A stretch of 44,513 nucleotides of DNA from a virus (taxonomy: Duplodnaviria > Heunggongvirae > Uroviricota > Caudoviricetes). Of this stretch, positions 16,876-29,692 are shown piece by piece. A program made the translations under genes and the position numbers. Location: the IMG/VR virus record IMGVR_UViG_2703718788_000013. One strand, 5' to 3'. The stretch's first letter is position 1. The number at the start of each line of letters is the position of its first letter. The notes beneath the pieces were generated by a model. The model did no database searches and had not been told where the DNA came from. It worked only from the letters and a program-made list of their open reading frames with translations.

Positions 16876-17372
16876 TGTCGCCATCATTACGCAAGGCTGT
16901 TGCTGCTGCTATTGGTGGTGGGGCTGTTGCCATAGCGTCTGTGCTCATCACTGGTCCGAGTGGTGACGATGGTCTGGAAGGTGTCAGCTACATACCATAC
17001 AAAGATATCGTTGGCGTATGGACTGTATGTCACGGACACACCGGAAAAGACATCATTCCCGGTAAAACGTATACCGAAGCAGAATGCAAAGCCCTCCTGA
17101 ATAAAGACCTTGCCACGGTCGCCAGACAAATTAACCCGTACATCAAAGTCGATATACCGGAAACAACGCGCGGCGCTCTTTACTCGTTCGTTTACAACGT
17201 GGGTGCTGGTAATTTCAGAACATCGACGCTTCTTCGCAAAATAAACCAGGGCGATATCAAAGGCGCATGTGATCAGCTACGGCGCTGGACATACGCTGGC
17301 GGTAAGCAATGGAAAGGGCTGATGACTCGCCGTGAGATTGAGCGTGAAGTCTGTTTATGGGGGCAACAATGA
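16875..17372 (+). CDS. SAR endolysin (lysozyme with N-terminal signal-anchor-release domain)
   Basis: 165 aa; N-terminus [23 protein letters not shown]; start overlaps holin stop (TAATG). Confidence 0.9.
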   Translation: MSPSLRKAVAAAIGGGAVAIASVLITGPSGDDGLEGVSYIPYKDIVGVWTVCHGHTGKDIIPGKTYTEAECKALLNKDLATVARQINPYIKVDIPETTRGALYSFVYNVGAGNFRTSTLLRKINQGDIKGACDQLRRWTYAGGKQWKGLMTRREIEREVCLWGQQ

Positions 17373-17836
17373 GCAGAGTTACCGCGATTATCTCCACACT
17401 GGTTATCTGCATCATCGTCTGCCTGTCGTTGGCGGTCAATCATTACCGTGATAATGCCATCGCCTACAAAGAACAGCGTGATAAAAAAGTCAGTGAGCTG
17501 AAGCAGGCGATCGCCACCATCGCTGACATGCAGCAGCGTCAGCGTGATGTTGCTGCGCTAGATGCAAAGTACTTGAGAGAATTAGCCAATGCGAAAGCTG
17601 AAAATGAAACTCTGCGCGCTGATGTTGCCGCTGGTCGTAAGCGCCTGCGGGTCAATGCCAGTTGCTCCGCAGCCGTGCGTGAGGCCACCGGCCCCACCCG
17701 CGTGGATAATGCAACCAGCCCCCGACTGGCAGACACCGCTGAGCGGGATTATTTCACCCTCAGAGAACGGCTGATGACAATGCAAAAGCAACTGGAAGGG
17801 GCACAGGAATATATCCGTACCCAGTGTATACCGTGA
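17369..17836 (+). CDS. Rz-like inner-membrane spanin
   Basis: ATG at 17369 overlapping endolysin stop; N-terminal transmembrane segment then coiled-coil-like sequence. Confidence 0.85.
   Translation: MSRVTAIISTLVICIIVCLSLAVNHYRDNAIAYKEQRDKKVSELKQAIATIADMQQRQRDVAALDAKYLRELANAKAENETLRADVAAGRKRLRVNASCSAAVREATGPTRVDNATSPRLADTAERDYFTLRERLMTMQKQLEGAQEYIRTQCIP
17589..17774 (+). CDS. Rz1-like outer-membrane lipoprotein spanin, embedded in Rz in the +1 frame
   Basis: 61 aa with lipobox VVSAC and proline-rich mature part; entirely inside Rz. Confidence 0.85.
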   Translation: MRKLKMKLCALMLPLVVSACGSMPVAPQPCVRPPAPPAWIMQPAPDWQTPLSGIISPSENG

Positions 17837-18180
17837 TGTTTTGTTATAAAGGTGTTGATGGTTGTGTTAGGGGGGATTTAACAAAAAGCCAGTTCCGGAC
17901 TTTATAGTGTGCTCAGATCATGGCCAAAAACGATTTCTGTGATAAATATTTTGAATATTATTTACAGGTAAATGACGTGGGTCGCATGAATGAAAATATT
18001 ACAATAGAGTATTAAGTATATGTTCATATTGTATGGGCTGAGAAGGCAAAACACGGTAATTCCTTATGTTGCTATGATACTTGATTGGCAGAATAGTTAT
18101 TTGGTCTTGAGTATATAGTCAGCGTTTTTTGTTCAGTAATAGTTCTTTCAGTAAAAAACAATAAATAGCGTGATTATTTC

Positions 18181-18238
18181 TGTTTGTTATTTATATTTTT
18201 GTTTGTTGTTTATATTTTTGTTTGTTGTTTTATTGTCT
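18181..18238. repeat. Three tandem copies of a roughly 19-bp T-rich repeat upstream of the PerC-like gene
   Basis: TGTTTGTTATTTATATTTT / TGTTTGTTGTTTATATTTT / TGTTTGTTGTTTTATTG in an AT-rich intergenic region. Confidence 0.6.
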
Positions 18239-18320
18239 TTCTGTGGAGGGGGGAGTATTGTTCCCTTATTAAGGGCAGGTAAATTTAGAATGGTAATCTG
18301 TAGATAATTGGAGGTCACTT

Positions 18321-18635
18321 ATGCTACATGATCACCTGGCTGAATGTCTGGAGAAAAAAGGACTGTACCGGAGAGCGGCTGAACGATGGGCAAAAGTGAT
18401 GGTACAGCTAAGTGATGATCAGAAAAGAAAAATCGCGGCACAGAAACGAGCAGAGTGTTTGCGTAAGGCGCGCCGGACTTCGGTTGCACCGGTGAATCTG
18501 ACAGAAATAAAGCAAGCGGTCAACAGACTACATTCTGAGTTGGGAATGGGATTTGAAGAGCGGCGGATATTCCGACGATATAAAGGGACAGGAGAACAGA
18601 ATACGTCCGGAAACGCGCGGTCAAAAAAATGCTAA
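18321..18635 (+). CDS. PerC-family transcriptional regulator (Pch-like)
   Basis: 104 aa; GGAGG 7 nt upstream; N-terminal ...LEKKGLYRRAAERW... matches remembered PerC/Pch pattern. Confidence 0.6.
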   Translation: MLHDHLAECLEKKGLYRRAAERWAKVMVQLSDDQKRKIAAQKRAECLRKARRTSVAPVNLTEIKQAVNRLHSELGMGFEERRIFRRYKGTGEQNTSGNARSKKC

Positions 18636-18675
18636 AAAATATCTGAGAAAGTTATTGCCTGTTACCATAATAAAA

Positions 18676-18699
18676 AGCGACTTTAGTAGTCGCTTTTTG
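18676..18699 (+). terminator. Intrinsic terminator after PerC-like gene
   Basis: AGCGACT TTAGT AGTCGCT followed by TTTTT. Confidence 0.7.
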
Positions 18700-18803
18700 T
18701 GTCATATATACGTCGTTTAAGTAAACCTGTCTGAACAGGTGCTCTGGTCGTGTTTGTTTTTGTTGGGTACAAATTGAGAATGTTTTTCATTAATTAGTCT
18801 TCT

Positions 18804-18941
18804 TCAGCAGACTTCAATAATCCACGCTGAAAAAATTCCTGAACCTTTCTGACCAAAAGCGATGTTAATTTGTTCAATCATCTGGTTTGGAAATCGGATG
18901 TTGAGGGCTGTTGTTCTGCGGGTTCTGTTCTTTGATGACAT
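18804..18941 (-). CDS. Small hypothetical protein (45 aa) in the lysis-to-cos interval
   Basis: Translated by hand: MSSKNRTRRTTALNIRFPNQMIEQINIAFGQKGSGIFSAWIIEVC; below ORF-track length cutoff. Confidence 0.35.
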   Translation of the reverse strand: MSSKNRTRRTTALNIRFPNQMIEQINIAFGQKGSGIFSAWIIEVC

Positions 18942-19099
18942 AATGTTGCCCCATATTCAGTGTTGCTGGTTTGTATTTTCTGAAGTTGCTTTTACGTTAA
19001 TTTGATGTGGATCAATTGATGCAATGCCTGCGTCATAATTGATCATTTCTTGTGGTTAGATTGCGTACACACACGTTCTGATGAGTCATCATGCAGATG

Positions 19100-19339
19100 A
19101 TAACTATTCTCATTTTTTGTGGGTCCTTTCCGGCGATCTGACAGGCTACGGGGCGGAAGGCGCGCGGATTTTCGCTATTTATGAAAATTTTCCGGTTTAA
19201 GGCGTTTCCGTTCTTCTTCTCCGTAACGTCATGTTTTTATTTAAAACCCCCCCTGAAAAGAAAGGAAACGACAGGTGCTGAAAACGGGCTTTTTGGCCTC
19301 TGTCGTTTCCTTTCTCTGTTTTTGTCCGTGGAATGAACA
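19100..19339. other. cos site (cosN/cosB) of a lambda-type packaging system
   Basis: Sequence from about 19147 through the Nu1 start closely follows the remembered lambda left-end sequence, with a different central hexamer in the putative 12-nt cohesive end (GGGCGGAAGGCG at about 19151-19162). Confidence 0.75.
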
Positions 19340-19859
19340 ATGGAAGTCAACAAAAAGCAGCTGGCTGACATTTTCGGTGCGAGTATCCGTACCATTCAGA
19401 ACTGGCAGGAGCAGGGAATGCCCGTTCTGCGAGGCGGTGGCAAGGGTAATGAGGTGCTTTATGATTCTGCCGCCGTCATAAAATGGTATGCCGAAAGGGA
19501 TGCTGAAATTGAGAACGAAAAGCTGCGCCGGGAGGTTGAAGAACTGCGGCTGGCCAGCGAGGCAGATCTTCAACCCGGAACACTTGAATTTGAGCGCCAT
19601 CGCCTGACTCGTGCTCAGGCGACGGCGCAGGAACTGAAAAATGCCAAAGAATCGGCTGAAGTGGTGGAAACCGCATTCTGTACTTTCGTGCTGTCGCGTA
19701 TAGCAAGGGAAATATCCAGTATTCTCGACGGTATTCCTCTGTCGGTGCAGCGACGTTTTCCTGAGCTGGATAACCGGCATGTTGATTTCCTGAAACGGGA
19801 TATCATCAAAGCCATGAACAAAGCAGCCGCGCTGGATGAACTGATACCGGGGTTGCTGA

Positions 19860-19885
<26 letters not shown>
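19340..19885 (+). CDS. nu1: Terminase small subunit Nu1
   Basis: 181 aa, near-identical to remembered lambda Nu1 (MEVNKKQLADIFGASIRTIQNWQEQGMPV...). Confidence 0.95.
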
Positions 19886-23572
<3,687 letters not shown>

Positions 23573-23592
<20 letters not shown>

Positions 23593-24892
23593 TCTCCCGC
23601 ATATTGCCAGCATGGCCTTTAATGAGCCGCTGATGCTTGAACCCGCCTATGCGCGGGTTTTCTTTTGTGCGCTTGCCGGCCAGCTTGGGATCAGCCGCCT
23701 GACGGATGCGGTGTCCGGTGACAGCCTGACTGCCGGAGAGGCACCCGCGGCGCTGGCGTTATCCGTTGATGATGACGGACCACGACAGGCCCGCAGTTAT
23801 CAGGTCATGAACGGCATCGCCGTGCTGCCGGTGTCCGGCACGCTGGTCAGCCGGACGCGGGCGCTGCAGCCGTATTCGGGGATGACCGGTTACAACGGCA
23901 TTATCGCCCGTCTGCAACAGGCTGCCAGCGATCCGATGGTGGACGGCATTCTGCTCGATATGGACACGCCCGGCGGGATGGTGGCGGGGGCATTTGACTG
24001 CGCTGACATCATCGCCCGTGTGCGTGACATAAAACCGGTATGGGCGCTGGCCAATGACATGAACTGCAGTGCAGGTCAGCTGCTTGCCAGCGCCGCTTCC
24101 CGGCGTCTGGTCACGCAGACCGCCCGGACAGGCTCCATCGGCGTCATGATGGCTCACAGTAATTACGGCGCTGCGCTGGAGAAACAGGGCGTGGAAATCA
24201 CGCTGATTTACAGCGGCAGCCATAAGGTGGATGGCAACCCCTACAGCCATCTTCCGGATGACGTCCGGGAGACACTGCAGTCCCGGATGGATGCAACCCG
24301 CCGGATGTTTGCACAGAAGGTGTCGGCATATACCGGCCTGTCCGTGCAGGCTGTTCTGGATACCGAGGCTGCAGTGTACAGCGGTCAGGAGGCCATTGAT
24401 GCCGGACTGGCTGATGAACTTGTTAACAGCACCGATGCGATCACCATCATGCGTGATGCACTGGATGCACGTAAATCCCGTCTCTCAGGAGGGCGAATGA
24501 CCAAAGAGACCCAATCAACAACTGTTTCAGCCACTGCTTCGCAGGCTGACATCACCACCGTGGAGCCTGCGAAGGAGGGCGAAAACGCCAGCGCGGCGCA
24601 GCCGGACGTGAACGCGCAGATCACCGCAGCGGTTGCGGCAGAAAACAGCCGCATTATGGGGATCCTCAACTGTGAGGAGGCCCACGGACGCGAAGAACAG
24701 GCACGCGTACTGGCAGAAACCCCCGGAATGACCGTGGAAACGGCCCGCCGCATTCTGGCCGCAGCACCACAGAGTGCACAGGCGCGCAGTGACACTGCGC
24801 TGGATCGTCTGATGCAGGGTGCACCGGCACCGCTGGCTGCAGATAACCCGGCATCTGATGCCGTTAACGATTTGCTGAACACACCAGTGTAA
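23573..24892 (+). CDS. C: Head protease/scaffold protein C (S49 peptidase family)
   Basis: GTG start at 23573 with AGGAGGAG upstream (VTAELRNLPHIASMAF...), lambda gpC-like, 439 aa. Confidence 0.9.
24287..24892 (+). CDS. nu3: Scaffolding protein Nu3, nested in-frame within the 3' part of C
   Basis: Internal ATG at 24287 (MDATRRMFAQKV...), same frame and stop as C; 606-nt length as in lambda. Confidence 0.75.
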   Translation: MDATRRMFAQKVSAYTGLSVQAVLDTEAAVYSGQEAIDAGLADELVNSTDAITIMRDALDARKSRLSGGRMTKETQSTTVSATASQADITTVEPAKEGENASAAQPDVNAQITAAVAAENSRIMGILNCEEAHGREEQARVLAETPGMTVETARRILAAAPQSAQARSDTALDRLMQGAPAPLAADNPASDAVNDLLNTPV

Positions 24893-24901
24893 GGGATGTT
24901 T

Positions 24902-25234
24902 ATGACGAGCAAAGAAACCTTTACTCATTACCAGCCGCTGGGTGGCAGTGACCCGGCACATACGGCAACCGCGCCCGGCGGATTGAGTGCGAAAGCGCCT
25001 GCAATGACCCCGCTGATGCCGGACACCTCCACCCGTAAGCTGGTTGCGTGGGATGGCACCACCGATGGTGCTGCTGTTGGCATTCTTGCTGTTGCTGCTG
25101 ACCAGACCAGCACCACGCTGACGTTCTACAAGTCCGGCACGTTCCGTTATGAGGATGTGCTCTGGCCGGAGGCTGCCAGCGACGAGACGAAAAAACGGAC
25201 CGCGTTTGCCGGAACGGCAATCAGCATCGTTTAA
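24902..25234 (+). CDS. D: Head decoration protein D
   Basis: 110 aa [27 protein letters not shown]..., lambda gpD-like. Confidence 0.95.
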   Translation: MTSKETFTHYQPLGGSDPAHTATAPGGLSAKAPAMTPLMPDTSTRKLVAWDGTTDGAAVGILAVAADQTSTTLTFYKSGTFRYEDVLWPEAASDETKKRTAFAGTAISIV

Positions 25235-25289
25235 CCTGACCCTTCATCACTAAAGGCCGCCTGTGCGGCTTTTTTTACGGGATTTTTTT

Positions 25290-26315
25290 ATGTCGATGTA
25301 CACAACCGCCCAGCTGCTGGCGGCAAATGAGCAGAAATTTAAGTTTGATCCGCTGTTTCTGCGTCTCTTTTTCCGTGAGAGCTATCCCTTCACCACGGAG
25401 AAAGTCTATCTCTCACAAATTCCGGGACTGGTAAACATGGCGCTGTACGTTTCGCCGATTGTTTCCGGTGAGGTTATCCGCTCCCGTGGCGGCTCCACCT
25501 CTGAATTTACGCCGGGATATGTCAAACCCAAGCATGAAGTGAATCCGCAGATGACCCTGCGTCGCCTGCCGGATGAAGATCCGCAGAATCTGGCAGACCC
25601 GGCTTACCGCCGCCGTCGCATCATCATGCAGAACATGCGTGACGAAGAGCTGGCCATTGCCCAGGTCGAAGAGATGCAGGCCGTTTCTGCCGTGCTTAAG
25701 GGCAAATACACCATGACCGGTGAAGCCTTCGATCCGGTTGAGGTGGATATGGGCCGCAGTGAGGCGAATAACATCACGCAGTCCGGCGGCACGGAGTGGA
25801 GCAAGCGTGACAAGTCCACGTATGACCCGACCGACGATATCGAAGCTTATGCGCTGAACGCCAGCGGTGTGATTGATATCATCGTGTTTGATCCGAAAGG
25901 CTGGGCGCTGTTCCGTTCCTTCAAAGCCGTCAGGGAGAAGCTGGATACCCGTCGTGGCTCTCATTCCGAGCTGGAGACAGCGGTAAAAGACCTGGGCAAA
26001 GTGGTGTCTTATAAGGGAATGTATGGCGATGTGGCCATCGTCGTATATTCCGGACAGTACGTGGAAAACGGCGTCAAAAAGAACTTCCTGCCGGACAACA
26101 CGATGGTGCTGGGTAACACTCATGCACGCGGTCTGCGCACTTATGGCTGTATTCAGGATGCGGATGCATTGAGTGAGGGTATTAATGCGTCTCCCCGTTA
26201 TCCGAAAAACTGGAAGACATCCGGCGATCCGGCGCGAGAGTTCACCATGATTCAGTCAGCACCGCTGATGCTGCTGGCTGACCCTGATGAGTTCGTGTCC
26301 GTACAACTGGCGTAA
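25290..26315 (+). CDS. E: Major capsid protein E
   Basis: 341 aa MSMYTTAQLLAANEQKFKFDPLFLRLFF..., lambda gpE-like. Confidence 0.95.
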   Translation: MSMYTTAQLLAANEQKFKFDPLFLRLFFRESYPFTTEKVYLSQIPGLVNMALYVSPIVSGEVIRSRGGSTSEFTPGYVKPKHEVNPQMTLRRLPDEDPQNLADPAYRRRRIIMQNMRDEELAIAQVEEMQAVSAVLKGKYTMTGEAFDPVEVDMGRSEANNITQSGGTEWSKRDKSTYDPTDDIEAYALNASGVIDIIVFDPKGWALFRSFKAVREKLDTRRGSHSELETAVKDLGKVVSYKGMYGDVAIVVYSGQYVENGVKKNFLPDNTMVLGNTHARGLRTYGCIQDADALSEGINASPRYPKNWKTSGDPAREFTMIQSAPLMLLADPDEFVSVQLA

Positions 26316-26356
26316 AAATGGCCCTTCGGGGCCATTTTTTCTCTGTGGAGGAGTCC

Positions 26357-26752
26357 ATGACGAAAGATGAACTGATTGCCCGTCTCCGCTCGCTGGGTGA
26401 GCAACTGAACCGTGATGTCTGCCTGACGGGGACGAAAGAAGAACTGGCGCTCCGTGTGGCAGAGCTGGAAGAAGAGCTTGATGACACGGATGACACTGCC
26501 GGTCAGGACACCCCTCTCAGCCCGGAAAATGTGCTGACCGGGCATGAAAATGAGGTGGTATCAGCGCAGCCGGGTACCGTGACTGATACGGCTGCTCTGG
26601 TCACGGTCGTGGCACTGGTGACGCTGCATACTGATGCACTTCACGCCACGCGGGATGAACCTGTGGCATTTGTGCTGCCGGGAACGGCGTTCCGTGTCTC
26701 TGCCGGTGTGGCAGCTGAAATGACAGAGCGCGGCCTGGCCAGAATGCAATAA
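26357..26752 (+). CDS. FI: DNA packaging protein FI
   Basis: 131 aa MTKDELIARLRSLGEQL..., lambda gpFI-like; hairpin plus T-run at 26319-26345 precedes it. Confidence 0.9.
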   Translation: MTKDELIARLRSLGEQLNRDVCLTGTKEELALRVAELEEELDDTDDTAGQDTPLSPENVLTGHENEVVSAQPGTVTDTAALVTVVALVTLHTDALHATRDEPVAFVLPGTAFRVSAGVAAEMTERGLARMQ

Positions 26753-26763
26753 CGGGAGGCACT

Positions 26764-27117
26764 GTGGCTGATTTCGATAACCTGTTCGATGCTGCCATTG
26801 CCCGCGCCGATGAAACGATACGCGGGTACATGGGAACGTCAGCCACCATTACATCCGGTGAGCAGTCCGGTGCTGTGATACGTGGTGTTTTTGATGACCC
26901 TGAAAATATCAGCTATGCCGGACAGGGCGTACGCGTTGAAGGCTCCAGCCCGTCCCTGTTTGTCCGGACTGATGATGTGCGGCAGCTGCGGCGCGGCGAC
27001 ACGCTGACCATCGGTGAGGAAAACTTCTGGATAGACCGGATTTCGCCGGATGATGGCGGAAGCTGTCATCTCTGGCTCGGTCGGGGCGTACCGCCTGCCG
27101 TAAACCGTCGCCGCTGA
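26764..27117 (+). CDS. FII: Head-tail connector FII
   Basis: 117 aa, GTG start, lambda gpFII-like. Confidence 0.9.
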   Translation: MADFDNLFDAAIARADETIRGYMGTSATITSGEQSGAVIRGVFDDPENISYAGQGVRVEGSSPSLFVRTDDVRQLRRGDTLTIGEENFWIDRISPDDGGSCHLWLGRGVPPAVNRRR

Positions 27118-27128
27118 AAGGGGGATGT

Positions 27129-27707
27129 ATGGCCATACAGGGTCTTGAGCAGGCCGTTGAAAACCTCAGCCGTATCAGCAAAACGGCGGTGCCCGGTGCC
27201 GCCGCAATGGCCATTAACCGCGTTGCTTCATCCGCGATATCTCAGTCGGCGTCACAGGTTGCCCGTGAGACAAAGGTGCGCCGGAAACTGGTAAAGGAAA
27301 GGGCCAGGCTGAAAAGGGCCACGGTCAAAAATCCGCAGGCCAGAATCAAGGTTAACCGGGGGGATTTGCCCGTAATCAGGCTGGGGAATGCGCGGGTTGT
27401 CCTGTCCCGCCGCAGGCGTCGTAAAAAGGGGCAGCGTTCATCCCTGAAAGGTGGCGGCAGCGTGCTTGTGGTGGGAAACCGTCGTATTCCCGGCGCGTTT
27501 ATTCAGCAACTGAAAAATGGCCGGTGGCATGTCATGCAGCGTGTGGCCGGGAAAAACCGTTACCCCATTGATGTGGTGAAAATCCCGATGGCGGTGCCGC
27601 TGACCACGGCGTTTAAACAGAATATTGAACGGATACGGCGTGAACGTCTTCCGAAAGAGCTGGGCTATGCGCTGCAGCATCAACTGAGAATGGTAATAAA
27701 GCGATGA
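27129..27707 (+). CDS. Z: Tail completion protein Z
   Basis: 192 aa, lambda gpZ-like. Confidence 0.9.
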   Translation: MAIQGLEQAVENLSRISKTAVPGAAAMAINRVASSAISQSASQVARETKVRRKLVKERARLKRATVKNPQARIKVNRGDLPVIRLGNARVVLSRRRRRKKGQRSSLKGGGSVLVVGNRRIPGAFIQQLKNGRWHVMQRVAGKNRYPIDVVKIPMAVPLTTAFKQNIERIRRERLPKELGYALQHQLRMVIKR

Positions 27708-28099
27708 AACATACTGAACTCCGTGCAGCCGTACTGGATGCACTGGAGAAGCATGACACCGGGGCGACGCTTTTTGATGGTCGCCCCGCTGTTTTTGATG
27801 AGGAGGATTTTCCGGCAGTTGCCGTTTATCTCACCGGCGCTGAATACACGGGCGAAGAGCTGGACAGCGATACCTGGCAGGCAGAGCTGCATATCGAAGT
27901 TTTCCTGCCTGCTCAGGTGCCGGATTCAGAGCTGGATTCGTGGATGGAGTCCCGGATTTATCCGGTGATGAGCGATATCCCGGCACTGTCAGATTTGATC
28001 ACCAGTATGGTGGCCAGTGGCTATGACTACCGGCGCGACGATGATGCGGGCCTGTGGAGTTCAGCCGATCTGACTTATGTCATTACCTATGAAATGTGA
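27704..28099 (+). CDS. U: Tail terminator protein U
   Basis: 131 aa, lambda gpU-like. Confidence 0.9.
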   Translation: MKHTELRAAVLDALEKHDTGATLFDGRPAVFDEEDFPAVAVYLTGAEYTGEELDSDTWQAELHIEVFLPAQVPDSELDSWMESRIYPVMSDIPALSDLITSMVASGYDYRRDDDAGLWSSADLTYVITYEM

Positions 28100-28106
28100 G
28101 GACGAT

Positions 28107-28847
28107 ATGCCTGTACCAAATCCAGTAATGCCGGTGAAAGGTGCCGGGACCACACTGTGGGTTTATAAGGGGAACGGTGACCCTTATGCGAATCCGCTTT
28201 CAGACGTTGACTGGTCGCGTCTGGCTAAAGTTAAAGACCTGACGCCCGGCGAACTGACCGCTGAGTCCTGTGACGACAGTTATCTCGATGATGAAGATGC
28301 TGACTGGACCGCGACCGGACAGGGGCAGAAGTCAGCCGGAGATACCAGCTTCACGCTGGCGTGGATGCCCGGAGAGCAGGGGCAGCAGGCGCTGCTGGCG
28401 TGGTTTAATGAGGGGGATGTCCGGGCCTATAAAATCCGCTTCCCGAACGGCACGGTCGATGTGTTCCGTGGCTGGGTCAGCAGTATCGGTAAGGCGGTGA
28501 CGGCGAAGGAAGTGATCACCCGTACGGTGAAGGTCACCAATGTGGGCCGTCCGTCAATGGCAGAAGATCGCAGCACGGTGACAGCGGCAACCGGCATGAC
28601 GGTGACACCCGCCAGTGCTTCCGTAGTGAAAGGGCAGAGCACCACGCTGACCGTGGCATTCCAGCCGGAAGGTGCAACCGACAAGAGCTTCCGGGCGGTG
28701 TCTGCGGATAAAACAAAAGCCACGGTGTCGGTCAGTGGTATGACCATCACCGTGAAGGGCGTTGCTGCAGGTAAGGTCAACATTCCGGTTGTATCCGGTA
28801 ATGGTGAGTTTGCTGCGGTTGCAGAAATCAACGTCACCGCCAGTTAA
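28107..28847 (+). CDS. V: Major tail tube protein V
   Basis: 246 aa [22 protein letters not shown]..., lambda gpV-like. Confidence 0.95.
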   Translation: MPVPNPVMPVKGAGTTLWVYKGNGDPYANPLSDVDWSRLAKVKDLTPGELTAESCDDSYLDDEDADWTATGQGQKSAGDTSFTLAWMPGEQGQQALLAWFNEGDVRAYKIRFPNGTVDVFRGWVSSIGKAVTAKEVITRTVKVTNVGRPSMAEDRSTVTAATGMTVTPASASVVKGQSTTLTVAFQPEGATDKSFRAVSADKTKATVSVSGMTITVKGVAAGKVNIPVVSGNGEFAAVAEINVTAS

Positions 28848-28862
28848 TCCGGAGAGTCAGCG

Positions 28863-29285
28863 ATGTTTCTGAAAACCGAATCATTTGAACATAACGGCGT
28901 GACCGTCACGCTTTCTGAACTGTCAGCCCTGCAGCGCATTGAGCATCTCGCCCTGATGAAACGGCAGGCAGAACAGGCGGAGTCAGACAGTAACCGGAAG
29001 TTTACTGTGGAAGACGTCATCAGAACCGGCGCTTTTGTGGTGGCGATGTCCCTGTGGCATAACCATCCGAAGAAGACGCAGATGCCGTCCATGAATGAAG
29101 CCGTTAAACAGATTGAGCAGGAGGTGCTCACCACCTGGCCCACAGAGGCGATTTCTCATGCTGAAAACGTGGTGTACCGGCTGTCCGGTATGTATGAGTT
29201 TGTGGTGAATGATGCCCCTGAACAGGCAGAGGACGCCGGGCCTGCAGAGCCTGTTTCTGCGGGAAAGTGTTCGACGGTGAGCTGA
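28863..29285 (+). CDS. G: Tail assembly chaperone G
   Basis: 140 aa, lambda gpG-like; ends just after slippery heptamer GGGAAAG (29261-29267). Confidence 0.9.
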   Translation: MFLKTESFEHNGVTVTLSELSALQRIEHLALMKRQAEQAESDSNRKFTVEDVIRTGAFVVAMSLWHNHPKKTQMPSMNEAVKQIEQEVLTTWPTEAISHAENVVYRLSGMYEFVVNDAPEQAEDAGPAEPVSAGKCSTVS

Positions 29286-29692
29286 GTTTTGCCCTGAAAC
29301 TGGCGCGTGAGATGGGGCGACCCGACTGGCGTGCCATGCTTGCCGGGATGTCATCCACGGAGTATGCCGACTGGCACCGCTTTTACAGTACCCATTATTT
29401 TCATGATGTTCTGCTGGATATGCACTTTTCCGGGCTGACGTACACCGTACTCAGCCTGTTTTTCAGCGATCCGGATATGCATCCGCTGGATTTCAGTTTG
29501 CTGAACCGGCGCGGGGCTGACGAAGAGCCTGAAGATGATGTGCTGATGCAGAAAGCGGCAGGGCTTGCCGGAGGTGTTCGTTTTGGTCCGGACGGGAATG
29601 AAGTTATCCCCGCTTCCCCGGACATGACGGAGGATGACGCAATGCTGATGACAGTATCAGAAGGGATCGCAGGAGGAGTCCGGTATGGCTGA
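29261..29692 (+). CDS. T: T portion of G-T tail assembly chaperone, reached by programmed -1 frameshift from G
   Basis: Slippery G GGA AAG in G zero frame; -1 frame ORF continues to 29692 with lambda gpT-like sequence. Confidence 0.8.
   Translation, partial: GKVFDGELSFALKLAREMGRPDWRAMLAGMSSTEYADWHRFYSTHYFHDVLLDMHFSGLTYTVLSLFFSDPDMHPLDFSLLNRRGADEEPEDDVLMQKAAGLAGGVRFGPDGNEVIPASPDMTEDDAMLMTVSEGIAGGVRYG

Noticed and set aside
19241-19780. 179-aa minus-strand ORF
   Set aside because: Antisense overlap with the near-lambda Nu1 gene and cos region
25413-26123. 236-aa minus-strand ORF
   Set aside because: Antisense within the major capsid gene E
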